25,651 nucleotides of DNA from a virus (IMGVR_UViG_3300048090_000069:1-25651), one strand, 5' to 3'. Shown: positions 1 through 7,363, numbered from the stretch's first letter. Notes: generated from the sequence alone by a model not told the origin. Made by a program: numbers and translations.

Positions 1-35
1 CAGGCTGTGGCAATTAAGATTAGGGGAAATTAACC

Positions 36-377
36 ATGAGCTATCAACGTGTTATTCCGCGTGACTTATTCAACGAAGCTAATTTGTTGAAATGTCTTGG
101 CAAGGTTTATTTAAATCTTGAGAATTTGAATATTCAAGATGTAGAACTGATTCATGATGGGGGTAGATTCAATATTGAACAGGATGAGTGTTCAGGTGTT
201 ATATATGCCACAAACATTTATCTGTCAGTAAGAGAAACGACATATCATTTCATTCGACCACTTAACAGCCGTGGGGAATGGCCTTTATACATGGTTGATA
301 ATTCAAACGAAATAGACGTATTCAATCCCGATGGATCATTTACTAGGGAGCTTATTAGTGTTTTGAAAGGCGAATAA
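36..377 (+). CDS. hypothetical phage protein (early-type cluster)
   Basis: 113-aa ORF with AGGGGA RBS upstream; first of a run of co-oriented small genes. Confidence 0.8.
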   Translation: MSYQRVIPRDLFNEANLLKCLGKVYLNLENLNIQDVELIHDGGRFNIEQDECSGVIYATNIYLSVRETTYHFIRPLNSRGEWPLYMVDNSNEIDVFNPDGSFTRELISVLKGE

Positions 378-420
378 AACATTAGTCTATGCCTCTATTC
401 AGGGGCATTAACGAATGTTT
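377..420 (+). other. intergenic RNA hairpin with internal loop (processing site or weak terminator)
   Basis: AAACATT(377-383)/AATGTTT(414-420) outer stem; ATGCCTCT(389-396)/AGGGGCAT(401-408) inner stem, ATTC loop. Confidence 0.5.
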
Positions 421-438
421 TAATTTAAAGGAGGGAAC

Positions 439-609
439 ATGTTTACTCACAGATATAACGGCATGTACATAAATGGTTATTGTCATAAGCCAGAATGCCA
501 CGTAACAGACGATACAGGGTATTTCATAGGTAAGATTTTCAAGTCTTATCGTTCGGCACAGATTGCCATTACTAAAGCACGCAATGCGGGTATTCCTGCT
601 AGTCGTTAA
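439..609 (+). CDS. hypothetical protein, 56 aa (absent from ORF track)
   Basis: AAGGAGGGAAC-ATG; MFTHRYNGMYINGYCHKPECH...AGIPASR*; fills the gap between neighbouring genes. Confidence 0.75.
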   Translation: MFTHRYNGMYINGYCHKPECHVTDDTGYFIGKIFKSYRSAQIAITKARNAGIPASR

Positions 610-620
610 AGGAGAATAAA

Positions 621-803
621 ATGAAATGCTCAATTTGTGGTAAGCCTATCATTCTCATTCCTTCAGCAAAGGAAAGGGCGGATAAATACGGCGGCAAGCC
701 TTCGGATTATACGAAACTGTTTACAGCGCATTCCGAATGCCAGATTGCAAAGCGGAATGCTGAAACGTCCGAATTGATCAAACGGATTAATGAGGGGAAA
801 TGA
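621..803 (+). CDS. hypothetical protein, possible Zn-binding (CxxC ... HxxC)
   Basis: AAGGAG RBS; MKCSICG ... HSEC. Confidence 0.8.
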   Translation: MKCSICGKPIILIPSAKERADKYGGKPSDYTKLFTAHSECQIAKRNAETSELIKRINEGK

Positions 804-1045
804 AAATGACTAATAAATACCGTGTGGACCGCAATGACAGCACAGAAACGGTCCCCTGTGGCATGAATTCCCTCATCTACTTAGGAGACAGCCTTTCACA
901 GGCTACAAAAGCGTATATGGCTGCTAACACGGGCCTTGATGCATGGAATAAGCCTAACCCGTCCTATGGCGTTACGCTGTCTAAATGGAATGACGTAAAG
1001 AACGATTACAGCGTTATTATGAAGAAAGGATTTAATCATGCCTAA
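800..1045 (+). CDS. hypothetical protein
   Basis: ATGA overlap with the upstream stop; GAGGGG RBS. Confidence 0.75.
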   Translation: MKMTNKYRVDRNDSTETVPCGMNSLIYLGDSLSQATKAYMAANTGLDAWNKPNPSYGVTLSKWNDVKNDYSVIMKKGFNHA

Positions 1046-1373
1046 TACCGAAAACAAAACGCTGCCTGCTGTCGTCCTGTTAGTGGATTCATGCCACGGC
1101 GTTTACATACCTCAGCGCTTTGCAACGAATTACGATATGGGGCAATGGGAAGTGTCAGACGATCAAAAAGAATGCCTCTTGACCGGTCCTGATAACCCTG
1201 ACAATGGTTATTGGGATGAATGGGACATTGTCCTGTCTAACGCCAGCTACACCAAAGACGGGAATAAATGGACGTTATATCAAGACGGGGATTTATGGGC
1301 CTTGTGCGTTGAATTGATGACAGACGAGGAAAAGGCTAATTTTGGAATGGAAGAATACTCTTCTGAGGAGTAA
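1038..1373 (+). CDS. acidic, Trp-rich hypothetical protein
   Basis: AAAGGA RBS; overlaps upstream stop; about 23 D/E vs 6 K/R, 5 Trp. Confidence 0.8.
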   Translation: MPNTENKTLPAVVLLVDSCHGVYIPQRFATNYDMGQWEVSDDQKECLLTGPDNPDNGYWDEWDIVLSNASYTKDGNKWTLYQDGDLWALCVELMTDEEKANFGMEEYSSEE

Positions 1374-1376
1374 GCC

Positions 1377-1577
1377 ATGATTAAACTTTGTGGATGCAAA
1401 CAAGCCAAGAGTATTCCGGGCCTTACTCATGAGACAGGTCTGTGCCAAAAGCATTACAACATGTTGATGTATGGAACAGACGAGGAAAGGAAACAGGCTA
1501 TCCCGTACATGTATGCGGTTTATATGACTGCTGAAGAGTGGAAACAATACAAGCTTTTGAATAAAATCGAGGAATAA
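1377..1577 (+). CDS. hypothetical protein
   Basis: GAGGAG RBS; 66 aa, Cys/His-containing N-terminus. Confidence 0.7.
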   Translation: MIKLCGCKQAKSIPGLTHETGLCQKHYNMLMYGTDEERKQAIPYMYAVYMTAEEWKQYKLLNKIEE

Positions 1578-1581
1578 CAAT

Positions 1582-1896
1582 ATGCGCACTGTAAACGCTA
1601 GAAGCGTAACCACTAAGTATTATGTCCTCAAGGATTATCGCAATCCTGTAAAGATCAATCGTGCAAGCGATGTAGACAGGGCTGTAGCCAATGCCTATCT
1701 ACATATGCAGGCAGGCGACTACGGTAGCGTAGAACAGCATATGGCGGCATCCATGGCTGAAGTGTATGACGAGGAATCAGGATTGCTCTATGCGATAGTT
1801 AAAAGGGACGTGAAAGGAGATGTAAAGATTAGTTTTAAAGATGATACGAATAAGCCTGCTAGGATGGCAATAGGGGCATTTGCTGAATTTCTTTAA
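1582..1896 (+). CDS. hypothetical protein
   Basis: GAGGA RBS; 104 aa. Confidence 0.75.
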   Translation: MRTVNARSVTTKYYVLKDYRNPVKINRASDVDRAVANAYLHMQAGDYGSVEQHMAASMAEVYDEESGLLYAIVKRDVKGDVKISFKDDTNKPARMAIGAFAEFL

Positions 1897-1923
1897 ATGT
1901 TATTATTAAAAGGGGGATTTATT

Positions 1924-2028
1924 ATGAATACTAAAAAGTTTATGGTGTATATGGCGTATAAAGCATGGTGCATGCGGATAGGCTTTATCCCGGTAACATA
2001 TGCCGAGTTCTGGCTAAAAGATGCATGA
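1924..2028 (+). CDS. hypothetical small protein, 34 aa (absent from ORF track)
   Basis: AAAGGGGG RBS; MNTKKFMVYMAYKAWCMRIGFIPVTYAEFWLKDA*; directly precedes the terminator. Confidence 0.55.
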   Translation: MNTKKFMVYMAYKAWCMRIGFIPVTYAEFWLKDA

Positions 2029-2064
2029 TTCACTATCAGGGGCATGATTCACTATCAGGGGCAT
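2023..2064 (+). repeat. 19-bp tandem duplication (about 2.2 copies)
   Basis: GCATGATTCACTATCAGGG at 2023-2041 and 2042-2060, then GCAT. Confidence 0.95.
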
Positions 2065-2095
2065 ATCTCTTAACGGGGAATGCCCCTTTTCTTTT
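2057..2095 (+). terminator. intrinsic terminator closing the early-type cluster
   Basis: AGGGGCAT(2057-2064)/ATGCCCCT(2080-2087) stem extendable to a TAAC loop, followed by TTTCTTTT. Confidence 0.8.
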
Positions 2096-2262
2096 GTGCA
2101 ATACTGTTCACACTAACCTATCTAGTACGCTTATATAGTGTATCTACTACATTTAGGCAACATTTCTCTATAACAACTAGATGTAGTGTGTATCGGGAAA
2201 GACCTATATATTAAACACTTGCACCTCCTTCTTGCTAGAGGCACCGGATATAAGTAACCGTC

Positions 2263-2544
2263 TAAACGACTCTTTAACAGTTACAGCCAAACGTTACTTC
2301 TATGCAACACTATTGCAAATAATCAACACATAGTGTCCCCAAAGCAACATTCCCCGCAGCCACAGGTGCTTATATCTATAGAAGTCTTTAGGATCAGGTT
2401 GATAGGCCAGTTATCCACAGGGAATCCATTAACCGAATAAGAACTAAACGCCCGTTTAGATTATTTACTCATTTGAAATCAAGAGCTTAAGGGGCATTCT
2501 GTTGTGGCCATGTAGGGTGATAAGGAAGCGTAAACGATCGTTGA
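2263..2544. promoter_or_regulatory. three TAAACG-NN-CGTTTA-type palindromes (candidate recombinase binding/crossover sites)
   Basis: CTAAACG-CC-CGTTTAG (2444-2459, perfect 7-bp arms); TAAACG-AT-CGTTGA (2531-2544); TAAACG-AC-TCTTTA (2263-2276). Confidence 0.45.
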
Positions 2545-2839
2545 ATACAGGTTGATCTGACGCGTTCTGAAGGACTTTGGAGCGGGTATCGTTGAACGTC
2601 TATTGATATTTTATAAAAGCTAGAAATGTACAATACATAAATGAAGTATCCTGTTAAATCCCTCCCGTATCTGTGAGCATTTTCCACAAAACTCTGAAAA
2701 AATGTTGCACACCAACAACACAAAATATTTCTACAACAGATATTTTCACTATATGAAATAGCTTGATTTCTAAAAAATTTTATAAAAAATTTAGCACAAA
2801 TAAAAAGCCCCTCAGATTTCTCCAAAGGGCTTTTGCACA
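2411..2839 (+). promoter_or_regulatory. co-oriented DnaA-box consensus matches
   Basis: TTATCCACA 2411-2419, TTTTCCACA 2680-2688, TTTTGCACA 2831-2839 (TTWTNCACA). Confidence 0.3.
2800..2834 (-). terminator. intrinsic terminator of the recombinase gene
   Basis: minus strand AGCCCTTTGGA-GAAA-TCTGAGGGGCT then TTTTATTT: 11-bp stem including G-U pairs, GNRA loop. Confidence 0.85.
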
Positions 2840-2850
2840 ACAAATTTAAG

Positions 2851-3510
2851 TTATTTCCAGCGGGATACTAAATTAATAACCGTCTGAGAATACCACAAAC
2901 CGCCTCTAGCTGTCGTAGTCCCTCCTGCATTCAACTCCGAAGCTATCGCTTTGAAGCTCATTTTGTCCCTCACCATACGTTCGATAGTGGGGCGAAGCTT
3001 GTCAGCAAACCTATCAGCTTTTGCTTTGATATTTTTTACAGCAATGTTACGAGCTTCTGGGAGATTGGTGCGATTACCTAAAACTACACCACGAGCTTTG
3101 GCAGCAGCTAACCCTGCCTTAGTCCTCTCTCCAATCATTTTCCTTTCTTTTTCAGCAAGCCCTGCATAAATATGCTCTACGAAGCTGTCAGCTTGTTCTC
3201 CGAGCGCAACAGAAATTACAACCTTTTTCTTCTGCATCAGGTTGTGAATAACGGCGGCATCCCTACTAATCCTGTCCACTTTAGACACTACAATCTTGCA
3301 TTTCATCTTACGGGCAAGAGATAGGGCAGACTGCAATACAGGTCTATCTTGCACAGAGAGAGAGCCAGAAGTGATTTCTTCAATCATGGAGACAATTGTA
3401 TATCCGTTCTGAGAGGCCCATACTTCAATCTCTTTTCGTTGGGCCTCTAACCCGTTCCTGCTCTCCCCTTGTTCCTCTGTGGAAACACGGCACAACCCAA
3501 TGATGTTCAT
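2851..3510 (-). CDS. serine recombinase (resolvase/invertase family) with C-terminal DNA-binding region
   Basis: N-terminal RVSTEEQ (catalytic Ser10), DRPVL, SKVDRISR motifs; C-terminal IASELNAGGTTTARGGLWYSQTV; AGGAG RBS. Confidence 0.92.
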   Translation of the reverse strand: MNIIGLCRVSTEEQGESRNGLEAQRKEIEVWASQNGYTIVSMIEEITSGSLSVQDRPVLQSALSLARKMKCKIVVSKVDRISRDAAVIHNLMQKKKVVISVALGEQADSFVEHIYAGLAEKERKMIGERTKAGLAAAKARGVVLGNRTNLPEARNIAVKNIKAKADRFADKLRPTIERMVRDKMSFKAIASELNAGGTTTARGGLWYSQTVINLVSRWK

Positions 3511-3540
3511 ACAAACTCCTAATGGTGAATTTATGAAGGA

Positions 3541-3569
3541 ATTATACCGTTTAGATTTTATACTGTCAA
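3541..3569 (-). promoter_or_regulatory. sigma70 promoter of the recombinase (perfect consensus)
   Basis: TTGACA(3569-3564)-17 bp-TATAAT(3546-3541); -35 lies in the last codons of the HNH gene. Confidence 0.9.
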
Positions 3570-4757
3570 GAGTCTTTTCATGCGCCTCTCTTTGAATTCC
3601 TCAGACTGACTATATTCTAACCACACATCAGGGTGGGAATCATTTTTAACAAGATTGCAGAAGTCACACAACCATTGAAGATTAGTAATCCAGTTGCTGC
3701 CACCAAGATTGATTGGATGAATGTGGTCAAGATGTTTTTTCACTGTCAAAAATGAAGTGTTGCAACAAGCACACTTGTTATCTTGTTGTACTAGCAATTC
3801 AATCACTTCTTCTTGTGTGTGAGTTCCTTCGGTATTTTTACGCTTACCTCGACGGATTCGGTTGTAATGATTTGCTTTATCAGGATTGTCCTTTTGGTAC
3901 TTAAGAGCTTTTTCTAGAAGTCTTTCTCTATTCTCTTCGTACCAATTCACAGAGCGTGTTTTAGAATATTGTTTATACTTCTTTTCAAAGTCAGAACTAC
4001 CCCTATCATATACGTCATACTGCCCACCAACAATATTTTTGAACGTAAATTCATACTCGTTTCCAGATTCTTCATATCGGATGGTGCATAGTTCTGTCTC
4101 CAAATCTCTTGAAACAATAGAAAATTTCATTTCTAACTTATCAGAAAACTCTAGTCCAACAACAGACAGCAGTTCCTCATCTTTAAGTTTTCTCTTTTCC
4201 GCCCTCTTTTGCACAGCTTCAGCTTTCTTTGCCTCTTTCTTTTCCTGCCTCTTTCTTAATGTGTTTTTCTTCTTTTCTTCCTTTTGTAATTTTAAGGAAA
4301 GCTTTCTTTGTTTTTCTTTCTCCTTAGATATCCTATTTCGTTCTTTGATATCATGAACAAGCCCCTTCTTTAAAGCATCTTTTTGAACTGTTTGAATGTT
4401 ACCTGTGTTGGTAAATTTGATAATAATATTTTTACCATTGACATACTCTACAACTACAACCTCTCCATATAAGTTTGTTAGAAACACTGTGCCAGCATGT
4501 ATGAATGATTTATCTTTAGCTGGAGAGGGGATAGAGGAAGGATTGCCTTGTTTCTTGTACAGCTTGTCATCTCTGACATTACCAGCAGAAAGGTCTGAGC
4601 TACGACAAGATTTGGTGTTACCTGTATTTAAAAATTTAATTCTGATATTGTTTGAGTTTACAACATCTAGCACTTCTACTTCACCCCAATGATTTGTGGG
4701 GTATATTTGACCTACTTCAAAAACGTATTTACGTGGCCTATAATTCTCTTGATTCAA
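3558..4757 (-). CDS. HNH homing-type endonuclease with repeated N-terminal modules
   Basis: C-terminal CACC...HLDHIHPINLGGSNWITNLQWLCDFCNLVK; start revised to TTG at 4757 after a GGAGA RBS (in frame with the track ORF). Confidence 0.9.
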   Translation of the reverse strand: MNQENYRPRKYVFEVGQIYPTNHWGEVEVLDVVNSNNIRIKFLNTGNTKSCRSSDLSAGNVRDDKLYKKQGNPSSIPSPAKDKSFIHAGTVFLTNLYGEVVVVEYVNGKNIIIKFTNTGNIQTVQKDALKKGLVHDIKERNRISKEKEKQRKLSLKLQKEEKKKNTLRKRQEKKEAKKAEAVQKRAEKRKLKDEELLSVVGLEFSDKLEMKFSIVSRDLETELCTIRYEESGNEYEFTFKNIVGGQYDVYDRGSSDFEKKYKQYSKTRSVNWYEENRERLLEKALKYQKDNPDKANHYNRIRRGKRKNTEGTHTQEEVIELLVQQDNKCACCNTSFLTVKKHLDHIHPINLGGSNWITNLQWLCDFCNLVKNDSHPDVWLEYSQSEEFKERRMKRLLTV

Positions 4758-4770
4758 TGTATTCTCCAAT

Positions 4771-4797
4771 AGAAAGAGGGAACACAAAGGTTCCCTC
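4771..4797 (-). terminator. hairpin/terminator ending the RNA-repair operon
   Basis: perfect 8-bp stem GAGGGAAC/GTTCCCTC, followed on the minus strand by TTTCT. Confidence 0.6.
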
Positions 4798-4813
4798 GTT
4801 GTTTAATAGGAGA

Positions 4814-4842
4814 ATTATAATCTGTGAAACAGGTATTGTCAA
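4814..4842 (-). promoter_or_regulatory. sigma70 promoter upstream of the HNH gene (perfect consensus)
   Basis: TTGACA(4842-4837)-17 bp-TATAAT(4819-4814). Confidence 0.88.
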
Positions 4843-4912
4843 ATTACAGTATTTAGTAGCTGTTAAACGTTATACTATACTCTTGTGCTCTTTGATTGTT
4901 AATACAGCCATA

Positions 4913-5122
4913 TCAAATTAGAGAAATAGTAAAAGGAGCATGTTGGAACAGCAGCCAGAACAACCACAAATCTAGCAGCAATCCGGCAATAGGAACCAAA
5001 TACCAATATGTCTTTGTACCTCCCATTGCAATACTAAATCCTACAGAGAAGATTCCAAAACATGCCACTGCTAGGAAATACAGAAGCACAACACACAATA
5101 AGATAAATCCAATGATTGCCAT
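4913..5122 (-). CDS. small membrane protein (two hydrophobic segments)
   Basis: TGATG overlap with the upstream stop; GAGGG RBS; IIGFILLCVVLLYFLAVACFGIF and LVPIAGLLLDLWLFWLLF. Confidence 0.7.
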   Translation of the reverse strand: MAIIGFILLCVVLLYFLAVACFGIFSVGFSIAMGGTKTYWYLVPIAGLLLDLWLFWLLFQHAPFTISLI

Positions 5123-5322
5123 CACACCCTCTCTTCAACATTATAGAAATAGAAAGAGTCGTTGTTTTTGTTCTTCCTTGTAACAACGCCAAATTTTCCT
5201 TCGTAGAGTAGCACAGCACCTTTCTCGCTTGCTTTGTGGTGAGGGATTGCGTTCATGAAAGCTGCAAGCAACAATTCTTCATCAACTACATCAGATTTAT
5301 TTACAATAATAATTTTCTTCAT
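5122..5322 (-). CDS. hypothetical protein
   Basis: GGAGGAG RBS; ATGA overlap with the HD gene stop. Confidence 0.75.
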   Translation of the reverse strand: MKKIIIVNKSDVVDEELLLAAFMNAIPHHKASEKGAVLLYEGKFGVVTRKNKNNDSFYFYNVEERV

Positions 5323-5840
5323 TTAATCACTCCTCCAAGTTCATCAAACCTCTTCAAAAACTGTTCATAAGCTTTCTTGTGTCCCCAAGGAACCACCTTA
5401 AAAGGTGCTCTCTCAAAGTTGTATCCTCGCACAGAACAATTAGGCTGTAAGTCAATTCGCTCGCTCACAAACATACGCATGTCAGCTTTCTTGATTTCTG
5501 GATGCATGGGAAACTGCAAGCCATATTTTTTGAAAATAGAAGCTTCTACACTCTGTTCCAGTTTCTTGTAGTCTGCAAGCAGTTGCTTGAGAGGAGAGGA
5601 AACATCTCCAAGGAAGGCTTCTCCAGCATCGTGCATAAGAGCTTCCATAGCATATTCCTCTGGAACAAGCAGAGAGACATATACACAATGTTGTGCAATG
5701 CTGTAAGGCTTCTCAAGAGAACCTGTAAATCTACTGAGATTGGAGAGGTTCAGTGCAATATCCTTTACAGTGTAGTTGCTGCTATCTGGTTCTGTAAAGC
5801 AGAAGTTGCCCCCGCTGTAGAGAGAGATTTCAGGTTTCAT
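5319..5840 (-). CDS. HD-domain phosphohydrolase (YfbR/YfdR-like 5'-deoxynucleotidase family)
   Basis: RFTG...YSIAQH...ALMHDAGEAFLGDVSSPLK motifs; start revised to ATG 5840 (AAGGA RBS). Confidence 0.85.
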   Translation of the reverse strand: MKPEISLYSGGNFCFTEPDSSNYTVKDIALNLSNLSRFTGSLEKPYSIAQHCVYVSLLVPEEYAMEALMHDAGEAFLGDVSSPLKQLLADYKKLEQSVEASIFKKYGLQFPMHPEIKKADMRMFVSERIDLQPNCSVRGYNFERAPFKVVPWGHKKAYEQFLKRFDELGGVIK

Positions 5841-6126
5841 CTTTTTCCTTTGCCTCTTTGTATTCTGCACGCGCCTTGTGAATTTCTTCAAATTTCTCTT
5901 TGAATGCAGACAGTTCTTCAATCAGCTTAGTTAGTTTGTAAAAGCTGTTATTTTCCTCATCACCATATGGAGAGAAGTCTAGTGATACTTTACGGCTGCA
6001 ATCTGTAATACAGAAGGAAGCAGACATACCATAATCATGCCCATCGTCGTTATCCCAAGTAATATCGGCTTCAAAAGCAGCCATACCTTCAGCTTTATTC
6101 AGAAAATCACGCTTGTAATATTTCAT
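5830..6126 (-). CDS. hypothetical protein
   Basis: GGGAGA RBS; ATG 6126 overlaps the upstream TGA. Confidence 0.75.
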   Translation of the reverse strand: MKYYKRDFLNKAEGMAAFEADITWDNDDGHDYGMSASFCITDCSRKVSLDFSPYGDEENNSFYKLTKLIEELSAFKEKFEEIHKARAEYKEAKEKDET

Positions 6127-6671
6127 TGTTGTTTCTCCCATTTTTTGATAGCATCTTCCAAGCTAATAGGTGTAAAGCTTGTTTGTTCTACAGAGACACA
6201 GAGATAACGCGGGTGATGTCTTGTTTTAAGAATAGCTCCCTCTTGGAATGTGTGCAAAACACTATGAGCGTGCAAATGCCCATGGAAATTCCCCTTCCAA
6301 CGCTCTAAGCTTTGTGGATGAATAGGAATGTGTGTTAGTACATATCCTGCCAGTTCACCACTGCCCCGTACATCCTTGAAATACGGAGTGTACTCTTCCA
6401 GCCGGAATACGTCATGATTACCTTTAATCAGAATCTTTGTACCATTCAGGCGTGCCAGAGTAGGCAGAGCACGACGATTGATTACAACATCTCCTAGATG
6501 ATACACCTTGTCCTGTGGACGTACAACTTTATTCCAATTCTCAATAAGGGCTTCATCCATTTCTTCGATAGTGTCCCAAGGGCGAAGTTTATCAACCCCA
6601 TTAGGAGCAAGAAACTTTGTCACTCCTACATGACCAAAATGTGTATCACTTGTCAAAAAGATATTACTCAC
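6123..6671 (-). CDS. calcineurin-like metallophosphoesterase
   Basis: DTHFGH, LGDV, GNHD, THIP, HGHLH motif series. Confidence 0.92.
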   Translation of the reverse strand: MSNIFLTSDTHFGHVGVTKFLAPNGVDKLRPWDTIEEMDEALIENWNKVVRPQDKVYHLGDVVINRRALPTLARLNGTKILIKGNHDVFRLEEYTPYFKDVRGSGELAGYVLTHIPIHPQSLERWKGNFHGHLHAHSVLHTFQEGAILKTRHHPRYLCVSVEQTSFTPISLEDAIKKWEKQQ

Positions 6672-6909
6672 GTTTATATTTCTCCATAATCTTGTTCCAT
6701 TTGTCTTTGGTTTCTTGCAATTGCTCCCATGTCATTCCCCAAGGTGCCCACAGATAAGAGTGATCCATACTACCACCACAACTCTTACACTTTGCTTCGT
6801 ATAAGTGGAAACCCTTTCCTCCGTCTGCCCTGTTGTGGAATCCACAATGTCTACAAGGGTCTGTCTTAGCTCTTTCTTCGTTTGCTATTTGTAGAGGGTG
6901 TTTCTTCAT
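6664..6909 (-). CDS. small Zn-ribbon protein, Lar (restriction alleviation)-like pattern
   Basis: PCRHCG ... CKSCG ... KWNK; AAGGA RBS. Confidence 0.5.
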   Translation of the reverse strand: MKKHPLQIANEERAKTDPCRHCGFHNRADGGKGFHLYEAKCKSCGGSMDHSYLWAPWGMTWEQLQETKDKWNKIMEKYKRE

Positions 6910-7352
6910 CAAACTTCCTTCTCATTCCAATATGCTACCCATTGTTCCCACTGTTTGTAAATAACTTCTTCCCCAACAGAGAAAATTCCACGCTCTTTGT
7001 CACGCCTTACAGCCTCTTGGAAACTGACAGGAAATTCTACAATTTCTACATTGTAGCCCATAGACACACAATCTGCAATCAATTTGTTACGAAGCTTTGG
7101 ATTCAAGTTGGTGTTAGAGAAAATAACATCCTCTCCCCGCTTTGCACACTCTACAAGCAGATGATCAGCAATATCACTCACTTCCTTCTCCACTTTACTA
7201 GAGAACTTGTAGGCATTCTCTCCCTTCCAGCCAAGCTTACCTGTCACTTCCCAACGAAGTTTGTCACGATTGATTTCATAGAAATCCTCTTGTTTCTCAC
7301 TCCAAGTAGATTTACCAGAAGCAGATACACCTACAGTAATTACGCATTTCAT
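6909..7352 (-). CDS. stand-alone 5' polynucleotide kinase (T4 Pnk kinase-domain-like P-loop)
   Basis: GVSASGKST Walker A, INRDKLR, SNTNL, EAVRRDKERG motifs; no phosphatase domain; start revised to 7352 (AAAGGA RBS). Confidence 0.88.
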   Translation of the reverse strand: MKCVITVGVSASGKSTWSEKQEDFYEINRDKLRWEVTGKLGWKGENAYKFSSKVEKEVSDIADHLLVECAKRGEDVIFSNTNLNPKLRNKLIADCVSMGYNVEIVEFPVSFQEAVRRDKERGIFSVGEEVIYKQWEQWVAYWNEKEV

Positions 7353-7363
7353 TTGTAGTCCTT

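Noticed and set aside
2023-2064. CRISPR mini-array
   Set aside because: The repeats are directly adjacent with no spacer; no cas genes and no array anywhere in the window.
2487-2843. 118-aa minus-strand ORF in the non-coding zone
   Set aside because: TTG start inside the terminator, no RBS, no recognisable motif.
2851-3510. Integrase indicating a prophage
   Set aside because: At 219 aa it is too short for a large serine integrase and has no Zn-ribbon domain; no repressor, att-host junction or host genes are in the window.
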